A stretch of DNA of 64,000 bases from Nitrospirota bacterium (GTDB taxonomy: Bacteria; Nitrospirota; Thermodesulfovibrionia; Thermodesulfovibrionales; JdFR-85): positions 17,637 to 81,636 of the forward strand of contig DRKX01000080.1 in the NCBI GenBank assembly GCA_011051565.1, given 5' to 3'. Below the pieces are notes generated by a model. The model ran no database searches. It was not told the DNA's origin and saw nothing but the letters and a program-made list of their open reading frames with translations. Positions 18,049-27,194 of this stretch are shown in pieces. Position numbers and translations under genes: made by a program. Position 1 is the first letter of the stretch. Every line of letters starts with the position of its first letter.

Positions 18049-18957
18049 ATGAAGGTTCTGCTTGCAACGGACGGGTCCGCCTACTCGGAAGTCGCGGCAG
18101 CGTTCCTGGCCGGCCTGAGACTCACTCCGGACGACGAGATCATTGTACTCCACGTAGTGAGCGGCAGCCCATACCCTGACGAGAGGGAGTCCTACTACGT
18201 GAGTCTCGGATACTTCAAGGAGAAGATCGCGCCGAGGATACTCGACTCAGCGGTCGCCGCTCTGAAGTCTGTCGAGGCGCGGATCAGCACGGCACTGGTC
18301 AACGGTCTTCCGGACAGGGCGATCATCGACTCAGCCGTCGAATCCGGCACCGACCTGATCGTGGTGGGTGCCCGCGGAATCAAGGGCCTCAAGTCCCTCT
18401 TCATCGGTAGTGTGACGAGGGCTGTAGCAACCGACTCACCGATACCCGTCCTCGTAACCAAGCCGATCCTGAGCGAGAGACCCGGGAGGATGAAGGTGCT
18501 GTTCGCGACCGACGGCTCAGCCCCCGCCCTTGCAACCGCGGAACTGCTCTCCTCGATCCCGTTCCCCGAAGAGACGGAGCTCCTGATCATGAATGTAGTC
18601 CGGTCGGCTGTATCCGACATACCCGAGCGCTTCGTAATGGAGATAGACGACAAGATCAAGGAGGAAGTCGCAAGGGCGAGGAAGGCCGAGTTCGAGAGGT
18701 CATCCGAGATCATCGAGCAGGCGAGGCAGCACCTTGAGGGGAGGTTCCAGAAGATCGAAGGGCTCTCGAAGGTCGGAGATCCGTCGATCGAGATACTCCA
18801 TGCAGCCGGGATATTCGGAGCTGACCTGATCGCCCTCGGGTGCCGGGGACTCAGGGGCATAAAGGGGATGATGGGGAGCGTGTCGAGAAGGATACTCGAC
18901 CACAGCCAGTGCCCGGTGCTGGTAGGGAAGTCACATGAAAGACAAAGTCAGGCTTGA
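18049..18957 (+). CDS. Tandem universal stress protein (two UspA domains)
   Basis: Two repeats each begin MKVL(L/F)ATDGS and end with G(A/C)RG...GS(V)(T/S)R-type ATP-binding motifs. The ATG at 18049 is preceded by GAGAGGAGGGG. Confidence 0.8.
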   Translation: MKVLLATDGSAYSEVAAAFLAGLRLTPDDEIIVLHVVSGSPYPDERESYYVSLGYFKEKIAPRILDSAVAALKSVEARISTALVNGLPDRAIIDSAVESGTDLIVVGARGIKGLKSLFIGSVTRAVATDSPIPVLVTKPILSERPGRMKVLFATDGSAPALATAELLSSIPFPEETELLIMNVVRSAVSDIPERFVMEIDDKIKEEVARARKAEFERSSEIIEQARQHLEGRFQKIEGLSKVGDPSIEILHAAGIFGADLIALGCRGLRGIKGMMGSVSRRILDHSQCPVLVGKSHERQSQA

Positions 18958-19387
18958 GGACATAAGAAAGACGGACAGGCCGACCCTCGGCGACGACGTC
19001 CCTGTCGAGGTGTTCCGGCTGCTTAGGGTCATAGGGATGTACAGCATACTGGGAGAGGGCTCCGGCTACACCCTTTACCTCGCAGGCAAAGAACTCGGTG
19101 AAGGGCTCGGCCTTGACAGCATGGAGGAACTCGCGAAGCTCTTCAGGAGGCTGAAGATCGGTGTTCTGAAGGTCCTTGATGCCCTCGAGGACAAGATGAC
19201 AGTGAGAGTCGACGAGTGCATAACCTGTTCGGGCCTTCCGTATACGGGAAAGATGATATGCCACTTCGAAGGCGGTATCATAGCCGGAGCCGTGCAGAAG
19301 ATACTCGACAGGCCCACCAAGGCCGTCCAGACGAAGAGTCACACCGCTGGATTCGACCACTGTGAGTTCCTTGTCTACCTGTTGTGA
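18935..19387 (+). CDS. V4R (4-vinyl reductase-like) small-molecule-binding domain protein
   Basis: 150 aa with C-terminal CxxC...CHFEGG, as in V4R/COG1719 'hydrocarbon-binding' proteins. It overlaps the usp stop by 23 nt. Confidence 0.6.
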   Translation: MKDKVRLEDIRKTDRPTLGDDVPVEVFRLLRVIGMYSILGEGSGYTLYLAGKELGEGLGLDSMEELAKLFRRLKIGVLKVLDALEDKMTVRVDECITCSGLPYTGKMICHFEGGIIAGAVQKILDRPTKAVQTKSHTAGFDHCEFLVYLL

Positions 19388-19406
19388 ACCCAACCGCTGA
19401 GACTCC

Positions 19407-20678
19407 ATGAAAGACCACACAAAAGAGGACGAGCTGGCAAGGAAAGACCGGGAGATCAACTCCCTGAAACTCCAGGTCGAGGAGGTCAAGAAACTCGCCG
19501 CCATCAACGAGAGGCTCCTGCTTGCCAGCATCAAGGAGCAGGAGAGGCTCCTCAACGAACTCTCGAAGAGGTCTGAGCTCATCCTGAAGAAGGGCCTGGA
19601 GATAAGGGAACTCCAGGCATTCAACGATATCATCGCCGTTGCGAGCAGGCACCTCTACATCAAGGACATCCTGGAAAACAGCCTCGAGGCGACGATCGGC
19701 TCCCTCGAATCACTCGAGGAGGCCGTCGGCAGGAAGGTGAAGGTGAGCGGCGGCATATTCCTCGCCGACGAGCATGCCGGAGAGCTCGTACACTTCACCT
19801 CCTGCGGCATCGCTCAGGAGGCGCTCGGGTGCAAGGGGAGGATTCCCGTGGGCGAGTGCATATGCGGCATGGTTGCACAGACCGGGAAAGTGGATGTAAT
19901 CCCCTACTGCAACGCCTCCCGGCACATGCAGGGCAGGCATCCGGTCTGCATGGAGGAAGACCACGCGCACGTGAGCATCCCGCTCAAGTCAGGCGACAAC
20001 GTCCTGGGGCTCTTATACCTCTACTTCGTACCTCCGGGCTACCTGCAGCTGGCCTCGGACGCCACGATATTCACATCGATCGGCAACTATCTCGGATTGC
20101 GCATCGAGAAGGCGAGGCTCTACGAGAAGGTACAGGAGTTAGCCATCCTCGACGGTCTCACCGAGCTCTACAACTACAGGGAGTTCCACAACCGCCTCGG
20201 ACACGAGTTCCAGAGGGCGAAACGGTACAAGAAGGCGCTCCCCCTCGTCATGATCGACATAGACCACTTCAAGCGATTCAACGACACGTACGGACACCTG
20301 GCAGGGGACGAGGTCCTGAGGTCCATGGGACGGCTCATACGGGAGAGCCTGCGCAGTGTCGACATTCCCGCCAGGTACGGAGGAGAGGAGTTCGCGGTGA
20401 TACTACCGGAGACTGCACCGGAGCAGGCCGAGGTGGTTGCCGAAAGGCTGCGCTCGTCGGTGGCGGACCATCCCTTCTCCGTAGAGGGCAGGAACGTCTC
20501 CCTGACGATAAGTCTCGGGCTCGCCTCGTTTCCCCATGACGCCGAGACGAAGGAGGGGCTGATCAAGGCCGCTGACCGCGCCCTCTATTGCGCAAAGAGC
20601 GGAGGCCGCAACAGGACCTACAGGTTCAGCAGCGGCAGGAAGCCCTGCAGGAGGGTCACGAGGGCGGAACAGGAATGA
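19407..20678 (+). CDS. Coiled-coil / GAF / GGDEF diguanylate cyclase
   Basis: The N-terminus is a heptad-rich helix and the central domain is GAF-like. The GGDEF domain has DIDHFKRFNDTYGHLAGD and an active-site GGEEF. Confidence 0.85.
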   Translation: MKDHTKEDELARKDREINSLKLQVEEVKKLAAINERLLLASIKEQERLLNELSKRSELILKKGLEIRELQAFNDIIAVASRHLYIKDILENSLEATIGSLESLEEAVGRKVKVSGGIFLADEHAGELVHFTSCGIAQEALGCKGRIPVGECICGMVAQTGKVDVIPYCNASRHMQGRHPVCMEEDHAHVSIPLKSGDNVLGLLYLYFVPPGYLQLASDATIFTSIGNYLGLRIEKARLYEKVQELAILDGLTELYNYREFHNRLGHEFQRAKRYKKALPLVMIDIDHFKRFNDTYGHLAGDEVLRSMGRLIRESLRSVDIPARYGGEEFAVILPETAPEQAEVVAERLRSSVADHPFSVEGRNVSLTISLGLASFPHDAETKEGLIKAADRALYCAKSGGRNRTYRFSSGRKPCRRVTRAEQE

Positions 20679-20684
20679 CCCGGT

Positions 20685-23600
20685 TCATGCGTCATGCCCG
20701 CCGGAGCGAAGGCCGAACACTCCGCGAACGTCTTCAAGGACGAGGTAGAGTGAAGGGATGATCAGCAGGGTGATCCCTGTGGCGAAGAGTATGCCGAAGG
20801 CGAGACTGATGGCCATCGGGATCAGGAACTGTGCCTGAACACTTGTTTCCAATATCATGGGCGTGAGGCCGAAGAACGTGGTGAGAGACGTAAGCAGTAT
20901 CGGCCTGAAGCGGCGCATGCAGCCGTCGACCACCGCCTGGAACAGCTCAGTCCCTTCGCGGCGGTTCCTGTTGACCTTGTCGATGAGCAGGAGCGAGTCG
21001 TTGACGACCACCCCGGAAAGCGCGACGATCCCGAACATGCTGAGTATGCTGAGCTTGAAGCCCATGATCAGGTGCCCGGCCACGGCCCCCACCATGCCGA
21101 ACGGGATGGCGGCCATTATCAGCAGCGGCTGGCTGTAACTCTTGAACGGGATGGCGAGCAGGGCGAACATGCCGATCAGGGCGAGCATGAACCCCTCGAG
21201 CATGCTTCCCATGGACTCCATCCGTTCCTTCTCCTCACCGCCCATCTTGAAGGTCAGGCCGGGGTAGTCGTCGGCGAGGTCCTTGAGGATGCCCTGCCTG
21301 AGGTCGGACAGAATCTCCTCTGCATTCGCCCTCTTGTCGTCCACGCTCGCCGTGACGTTGATAACGCGCTTCCTGTCGGTCCGGTTTATCTCGCTGAACC
21401 CCCTCCCCTCCACGATGTGAGCGGCCCTCGTGAGCGGGAGCTCACCCCCGTCCGGGGTCCGTATCATCATCGACCGGAGGTTCCAGATGCTCCTCCTGTC
21501 TTCCTCTGGATAGCGGACCACGACCCTGACCTCGTTGCGGCCGCGCTGAAACCTGAGGGCCTCTGCGCCGTGGAATGCGCCGCGGAGCTGACGGCCGATG
21601 TCCTCTTCCGTCAGGCCGAGCGTGCGGGCTTCGGGTGTGAGGCTGAACCTGAGCTCGCGCTTCCCCTTGAAGTAGTTGTCCTCGATGTCACCGACACCCG
21701 GGTACTGCGCCAGGGCCTCCTTTATCCGTTCGGACGCGATGTCGAGGACCCGGAAGTCCTCGTGGGCGAGCTGTATGTCTATGTTCGCACCCATCCTGAC
21801 GACGTTGGATGCAAAGACGATCGACTCCACGCCGGGAACGTCTCCCACCTTTTCGCGCCACCTGTTGGCAATCTCCACGGCCGGAACACCGCGCTCTTCG
21901 CTCTGCTTGAGAAAGAGGGCCATGTCCGAAATGTGTGTCCTCGACTCAACGGTCGTACCGAGGCTGCCTGCCTCGATCATGTTACCTCCGACCACTGCAT
22001 AGACGTCGCGCAGTATGCTGTCTCCCTCGGGCCGCTCTCTGTCGTATTCGGCCACCACCTCCATCGCCTTCTCCTCCACGAACTTCTGTACCTTGGCGGT
22101 CTCCTCGATAGGGGTCCCCGGCGGCATCTTGATGGAGACGGTGATCACGTCGCCGTCGACCACGGGCATGAAGTGGAACTTCAGTATCCCTCCCTTGACA
22201 ATGCCCACCGTCAGGAAGAGCACGGCGACGCCTGTGGCCACGGTGGTATAGCGGTTCCTGAGGCAGAGCCTCAGGAACCGCTGATACGGCCCTGCTATGA
22301 ACCTCTCGAGCCTTCCTCCGAATGCCGTGCGGACACGGTCGATGGCGCCGATGAAGCCTCCCGCAGCCGGGCGCGGCCCTCCCATGGCGAGGTGGGCCGG
22401 CAGAACGAAGAGGGACTCCACCAGCGACAGGAGCAGCAGAGCGATCACTACCAGGGGAATGACCCGTATGAACTTCCCGATCATGCCGCTGACGAAGACG
22501 AGCGGGAGGAAGGCCACCACGGTGGTGAGGACCGAGAACGTGACGGGCACGGCCACCTCGAGTGCGCCGTCGATCGCCGCCTTGAGATACGGCTTGCCCT
22601 TCCTGCGCTGTTCATAGATGTTCTCTCCGACGATTATGGCGTCGTCAACCAGTATACCGAGGGCTAAGATGAAGGCGAACAGGGATATCATGTTTATGGA
22701 CACGTCCAGGTACGGCAGCAGCAGCATCGCCCCGAGGAAGGAGATCGGGATGCCGAGCATGACCCACAGTGCGAGCCTTATCTCGAGAAAGAGCCCCAGG
22801 ACGATGATCACCAGTATGAGGCCGAGGACCGCGTTCTTCTCGAGCAGGCTCATGCGGCTGTGCAGCAGCTCGGACGTGTCGTTCCAGGTGGCTATATTGA
22901 GCGACGCGGGTAGGGAGGCCCTCTTCTGCTCCACGTACCTCTTGACCACGTCGGATATCGTGATCGGCTTCTGGTCGCCGACCCTGAATATCTTCACCAT
23001 GGCCGCTGGCTTGCCGTCGAACCTGGCGAACATGCCCGTATCGGCGAAGCCGTCCTTCACCACCGCTATGTCGCCGAGCCTCACGCGTGTGCCGTCCGGC
23101 CTCGTCAGCACGGTTATGTCGGAGTACTCGGCCCCGGTGTAGCGGCGTCCCTTGGTGCGCAGGAGTATCTCCGAACCGCGGGTCTTGAGTGTACCGCCGG
23201 GGAGGTCTATGGACGCCCGCCTCACCTGACGGGCCACCTCGTCCATTGTCAGGCCGTAACGCCTTAGGTTCTCCTCGGGTATCTCGATGGATATCTCGTA
23301 GGGACGCACACCGCTCAGCTCGACCTGCGTGATCTCGGGATATGAGAGGAGCTCCTCGCGTATGATCTCGGCCTGCTCCCTCAGGGTCCTGTCGGTGGCG
23401 TCGCCGTAGACCACCACGGAGATCACCTCGTAGCGGTTGAGGAGCTTGGTGATCACCGGCTTCTCGGCGTCGGCCGGGAAGGTGACGATCCTGTCCACCT
23501 CGCTCTTTATCTCCTGGAGCTTCAGGTCCGGGTCCTCTCCGGGCATGAGCTCGGCGCGGACCATGCCGATTCCCTCCTTGGCAACGGACCTGATCTCCTT

Positions 23601-23834
23601 TATACCGTCCACGCCGGTCAGGTTCTCCTCGATCTGAAGCAGGATGCCCTCTTCAACCTCCTCTGGCCCTGCGCCCGGATAGGCGACGGTCACCTGGATC
23701 GTATCGAGGCTGATCTCGGGAAAGACCTCCTGCTTTATCGAGGAGGCCCTGATCAGGCCGCCTGCAACGAGGACTATCATGAGGAGGTTTGCGGCCACAT
23801 GGTTGCGCGCCATCCACTTTACGGCGCTCTTCAC
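20685..23834 (-). CDS. RND efflux transporter, inner-membrane permease (AcrB/HAE family)
   Basis: 1049 aa with 12-TM AcrB-type architecture and two large periplasmic loops. It immediately follows the MFP gene. Confidence 0.9.
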   Translation of the reverse strand: MKSAVKWMARNHVAANLLMIVLVAGGLIRASSIKQEVFPEISLDTIQVTVAYPGAGPEEVEEGILLQIEENLTGVDGIKEIRSVAKEGIGMVRAELMPGEDPDLKLQEIKSEVDRIVTFPADAEKPVITKLLNRYEVISVVVYGDATDRTLREQAEIIREELLSYPEITQVELSGVRPYEISIEIPEENLRRYGLTMDEVARQVRRASIDLPGGTLKTRGSEILLRTKGRRYTGAEYSDITVLTRPDGTRVRLGDIAVVKDGFADTGMFARFDGKPAAMVKIFRVGDQKPITISDVVKRYVEQKRASLPASLNIATWNDTSELLHSRMSLLEKNAVLGLILVIIVLGLFLEIRLALWVMLGIPISFLGAMLLLPYLDVSINMISLFAFILALGILVDDAIIVGENIYEQRRKGKPYLKAAIDGALEVAVPVTFSVLTTVVAFLPLVFVSGMIGKFIRVIPLVVIALLLLSLVESLFVLPAHLAMGGPRPAAGGFIGAIDRVRTAFGGRLERFIAGPYQRFLRLCLRNRYTTVATGVAVLFLTVGIVKGGILKFHFMPVVDGDVITVSIKMPPGTPIEETAKVQKFVEEKAMEVVAEYDRERPEGDSILRDVYAVVGGNMIEAGSLGTTVESRTHISDMALFLKQSEERGVPAVEIANRWREKVGDVPGVESIVFASNVVRMGANIDIQLAHEDFRVLDIASERIKEALAQYPGVGDIEDNYFKGKRELRFSLTPEARTLGLTEEDIGRQLRGAFHGAEALRFQRGRNEVRVVVRYPEEDRRSIWNLRSMMIRTPDGGELPLTRAAHIVEGRGFSEINRTDRKRVINVTASVDDKRANAEEILSDLRQGILKDLADDYPGLTFKMGGEEKERMESMGSMLEGFMLALIGMFALLAIPFKSYSQPLLIMAAIPFGMVGAVAGHLIMGFKLSILSMFGIVALSGVVVNDSLLLIDKVNRNRREGTELFQAVVDGCMRRFRPILLTSLTTFFGLTPMILETSVQAQFLIPMAISLAFGILFATGITLLIIPSLYLVLEDVRGVFGLRSGGHDA

Positions 23835-25024
23835 TTCAGGGTCCCCTCTTCACGCGGCCGGAGCTTCATCCCCTCGGCCGCACCCGATATCGTGGTGAGG
23901 ACGATCCGCTCACCTTCACTCAGCCCCTCGCTTACAAGCACGGTCTCACGTTCGCGCCGCACCACGGTCACCGGCCTGATATGGAGTTGCTCGTCTCCGC
24001 CGACGACCCACACGGTGCTGTTCTCGCGCAGTGCCCGGGCAGGCACCGGGAATACGCCGGTGAGTGTTTCGCCATAGAGTGTGACATCCACGAACATTCC
24101 CAGTTCGAGGTCCGGCCCTCCGCTCTCCCTGCGGTCCCTGAGTCCGTAGGGGTCGTCCACGGATACGACGATCCGCGTCATGCGGCCCTTTGGGTCGACC
24201 TCACCGAGTGAACGCACCACCCTGCCCTGCCATGTGAAGGACTTCCCTCCGACGGTGATAGCGACCGTTGCCGGGGAGCCCTCCACGGCAGCACCACCCT
24301 CCTGGCGGGGGATGCTCAGCCACCTCAGGTCCTCCATGGAGAGGGGGACGACCACCTCGGCCGTGGCAGTCCCGGCCACCACCGCCACGGTGTTTCCGGC
24401 ACGCACGTACTGCCCGACCTCCACATCCTCGGACCGGACCCTGCAGTCAAAGGGTGCATATATGCGGGTGCGCTGCAGGTCGAGTTCGGCCTGATCGAGG
24501 GCGGCCCTGGCAGCGGCCACGTCGGCCTCGGCCTTCCTGATCTGGGGCTCGTAGAGGACGAGAGGATCGGGTTGCCCGCCGTAGTCGTCCTTGAGCGCAT
24601 TCCATTCGCGGCGGGCCACTGCCGCGCTGCTCTTCACCTTTGCGAGCTCGAGTTCGGCCTGCGCCAGGGCCGCCCTGGCACGGACGACTGCGAGCCGGTA
24701 GTCCACCTGCTCGATCTCGAACAGGAGGTCCCCTTTCTTGAAGAAACCACCGGCCACGAAGGCAGGGGCGACATGGACTACGCGTCCGCTCACGCGGGGC
24801 GTGATACCCGCCTCCCTCCCGGCCTGTACCGTGCCTGTCGCGGTGACCCTCACCTGGTGGTCCTTTCTTGCGACGGTCAGGACCTCGACCAGTGCGCCTG
24901 GCTCACTCCTGGCCTCCTTCTGGGGCGCGGGACGTGAGAGCACCAGCACCCTCATGATGAGAAAGCCCGCCGCGAGTATGGCAACCGGCACGAGGACCTT
25001 GAAGAGCCTGCTCCTGAAACTCAT
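23831..25024 (-). CDS. RND efflux membrane fusion protein (periplasmic adaptor)
   Basis: It has an N-terminal TM anchor plus lipoyl, coiled-coil and beta-barrel segments typical of the HlyD/AcrA family. The ATG at 25024 overlaps the OMF stop (ATGA). Confidence 0.85.
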   Translation of the reverse strand: MSFRSRLFKVLVPVAILAAGFLIMRVLVLSRPAPQKEARSEPGALVEVLTVARKDHQVRVTATGTVQAGREAGITPRVSGRVVHVAPAFVAGGFFKKGDLLFEIEQVDYRLAVVRARAALAQAELELAKVKSSAAVARREWNALKDDYGGQPDPLVLYEPQIRKAEADVAAARAALDQAELDLQRTRIYAPFDCRVRSEDVEVGQYVRAGNTVAVVAGTATAEVVVPLSMEDLRWLSIPRQEGGAAVEGSPATVAITVGGKSFTWQGRVVRSLGEVDPKGRMTRIVVSVDDPYGLRDRRESGGPDLELGMFVDVTLYGETLTGVFPVPARALRENSTVWVVGGDEQLHIRPVTVVRRERETVLVSEGLSEGERIVLTTISGAAEGMKLRPREEGTLK

Positions 25025-26448
25025 GAGCCTCCTCCTTTGTGATCGTTGCCCGCCAGGCGCTCCTCGACCTCGTGCTCCATCCACCTTCCACCGACCGCCC
25101 TTGCCAGGGTTATGCGGTCGGATATGAGCTGACGGCGGGCCGCCAGCAGCCGGCTCCGGGTCTCGTAGAGCAGGGTCTGCGCGTTCAGCACCTCCAGGTA
25201 GTCTGAAAGCCCCCGCAGGTAGCGCTCGCGCGAAAGGCGGAAAGTCGCAGCAGCGGCCTCGGCCTGTTCCTTCAGCCGCCTGATCCGCTCCTCGGAGGCG
25301 CGGTTCCTCACGAGGGCATCCTCGACCTCCTGGAACGCGCTCAAGACGGCCTTGCGGTAGAGGGCGAGGTTCTCGTGGAATACGGCCCTCGAACGATCCA
25401 CCTCGGCCTTCCGCCTCCCGCCGTCCAGAAGCGGCTGAGAGAGGTCTACCAGTACCTTCCAGAAGTTCCCGACGATGTCGCCGGTGCTGAAGACGAGGCT
25501 CGACTTGCCGTAGCTGGCGACCAGGTTGAAGGATGGGAAGCGATCCGCTATCGCCGCGGCCACCCTCTCATCACTCGCCTTCAGGCGCAGCAGGGCCGCG
25601 CGTACGTCGGGACGCCTCGATAGGACCTCGGAGGGAAGACCCGCGGGAAATGCGGCCGGTATCTCGGGCAGTTCGGCGACACCGCCTTCAACAGCCTCTC
25701 CGGCCGGATAGCGGCCGAGGGCGACCGACAGGGCGTGCTCGGTCACCCTGAGTGAAGACTCGATCGCCGCCTGCTGTGCCTTGACCCCTGCAAGCCCCTG
25801 CCGCGCCTGGTAGACGTCGAGAGCAGGGACCAGTCCCGCACGGTAGCGCCGCTCGACGAGCGAGAGGATGTCGGCGTAGGACTCGACGGTCTGCTCTGCC
25901 AGTCTCAGCTGGGCGCGCTGCTCGGCGGCGAGGTAGTAAAGGTCCGCGATCTCGGCGGAAAGGCTGATATAGAGTGTCTCAACATCCTCCCTGAGTGCTT
26001 CCACCTCCAGCAGGGCGGCCTTGGTGCGTGACTTGAGCTTCCGCCACAGGTCGAGCTCGTAGCGCGCCGCTGCCGAGAGGATGTAGCTGTTGCCCGTGTT
26101 GTTTCCGAAGAAGCTCGGTGTATCCTCCCTGCTCCACTCACCCTGGAGGTCGATCGACGGCCTGCCGGCAGCGGCGGCACCGCGGTATAAGGCCCGGCTC
26201 TGCTCGAGGCGCTCGTATGCGCGCGCAAGGTCGGGATTGCCGGCGAAGGCCTCCTCCATTACGCGGTTCAACCCCCTGTCGCCGAAGGCCTCCCACCAGC
26301 GCTCAACCGGCGCACCCGGCGCACTCCCTCCGGCAAAGGACGGCGGGACCGGAACCGGAGGTTCCACCGGCTGCGGTCTGTACACGGCGCAACCCGCCGA
26401 CAGTACGGCGAGGATCGTCAAGATCGAACCAACTACTGTACGGGCCAC
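25021..26448 (-). CDS. Outer-membrane efflux lipoprotein (NodT/TolC family)
   Basis: The lipobox is LSAGC and there are two TolC-like repeats. It is the first structural gene after tetR. Confidence 0.85.
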   Translation of the reverse strand: MARTVVGSILTILAVLSAGCAVYRPQPVEPPVPVPPSFAGGSAPGAPVERWWEAFGDRGLNRVMEEAFAGNPDLARAYERLEQSRALYRGAAAAGRPSIDLQGEWSREDTPSFFGNNTGNSYILSAAARYELDLWRKLKSRTKAALLEVEALREDVETLYISLSAEIADLYYLAAEQRAQLRLAEQTVESYADILSLVERRYRAGLVPALDVYQARQGLAGVKAQQAAIESSLRVTEHALSVALGRYPAGEAVEGGVAELPEIPAAFPAGLPSEVLSRRPDVRAALLRLKASDERVAAAIADRFPSFNLVASYGKSSLVFSTGDIVGNFWKVLVDLSQPLLDGGRRKAEVDRSRAVFHENLALYRKAVLSAFQEVEDALVRNRASEERIRRLKEQAEAAAATFRLSRERYLRGLSDYLEVLNAQTLLYETRSRLLAARRQLISDRITLARAVGGRWMEHEVEERLAGNDHKGGGS

Positions 26449-27080
26449 GGTCTCTCCATCCCGGTCGAAACGAAATCGATCAGCAGGGCGGTGAGCGACT
26501 CCACATCACCGACCGGTGTCACGCCGTCGGGCAGTGGGAGGTTCGTCTTGCCGGCCATGCTTATGACATGGCTCATGGCGCCTAAGGCGAACTGTAGCCT
26601 CCAGAAGACGGCATCAGGCGGTACCTCCGGCAATGCCTCGCGCAGGGTCTCGAACAGGAGATGAAACAGCGGCGCAATGTGACGTATGAAGACATCGCGC
26701 ACCGTGTCTTCCGGATCCGACATCGCCCTGCCCACCAGGACGATGTAATCCTCGGCACCGGATCCGGACTTCCGGAACGCAAGCGTCGGCTCGATGAACG
26801 CCAGGAGGGTCTCCCGCACGCCGGGCCTCCGCCCCTCCCTGCGGGCCGCCTCACGAACCCTCTCGATATTGTCGCGCCTCAGTCTGTTCAACGGGATGAG
26901 ACGCCTCTGAAAGACCGCCTCGAGCAGCGCATACTTCGAACCGAAGTGATAGTTGACGGCAGCAAGGTTCACCCCTGCGCGGCTCGTGATAGCCCGCAGG
27001 GATGTGTTGTGAAACCCCCTCCTTGCAAAGAGGTACTCGGCAGCGTCGAGTATCCTCTCCTTGGTGTCAGGTATGCTCAC
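26433..27080 (-). CDS. TetR-family transcriptional repressor
   Basis: The N-terminal HTH is ILDAAEYLFARRGFHNTSLRAITSRAGVNLAAVNYHFGSK. A GTG start follows GGAGG. Confidence 0.85.
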   Translation of the reverse strand: MSIPDTKERILDAAEYLFARRGFHNTSLRAITSRAGVNLAAVNYHFGSKYALLEAVFQRRLIPLNRLRRDNIERVREAARREGRRPGVRETLLAFIEPTLAFRKSGSGAEDYIVLVGRAMSDPEDTVRDVFIRHIAPLFHLLFETLREALPEVPPDAVFWRLQFALGAMSHVISMAGKTNLPLPDGVTPVGDVESLTALLIDFVSTGMERPWPVQ

Positions 27081-27194
27081 GGCCCCTCCAGTCAGTCATA
27101 CGTTAAATTAAAACAGTTGTTTTAGAAAAGTCAAGCATTCCACTACGGCTCTCTCAGGACTGCTGCTGAACGGTCCGCAGCGGGTCGAGGCACA

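Noticed and set aside
21072-22667. 531-aa plus-strand ORF
   Set aside because: It lies antisense to the RND permease gene. Its composition is low-complexity and His/Arg/Asp-rich, so it is a shadow ORF.
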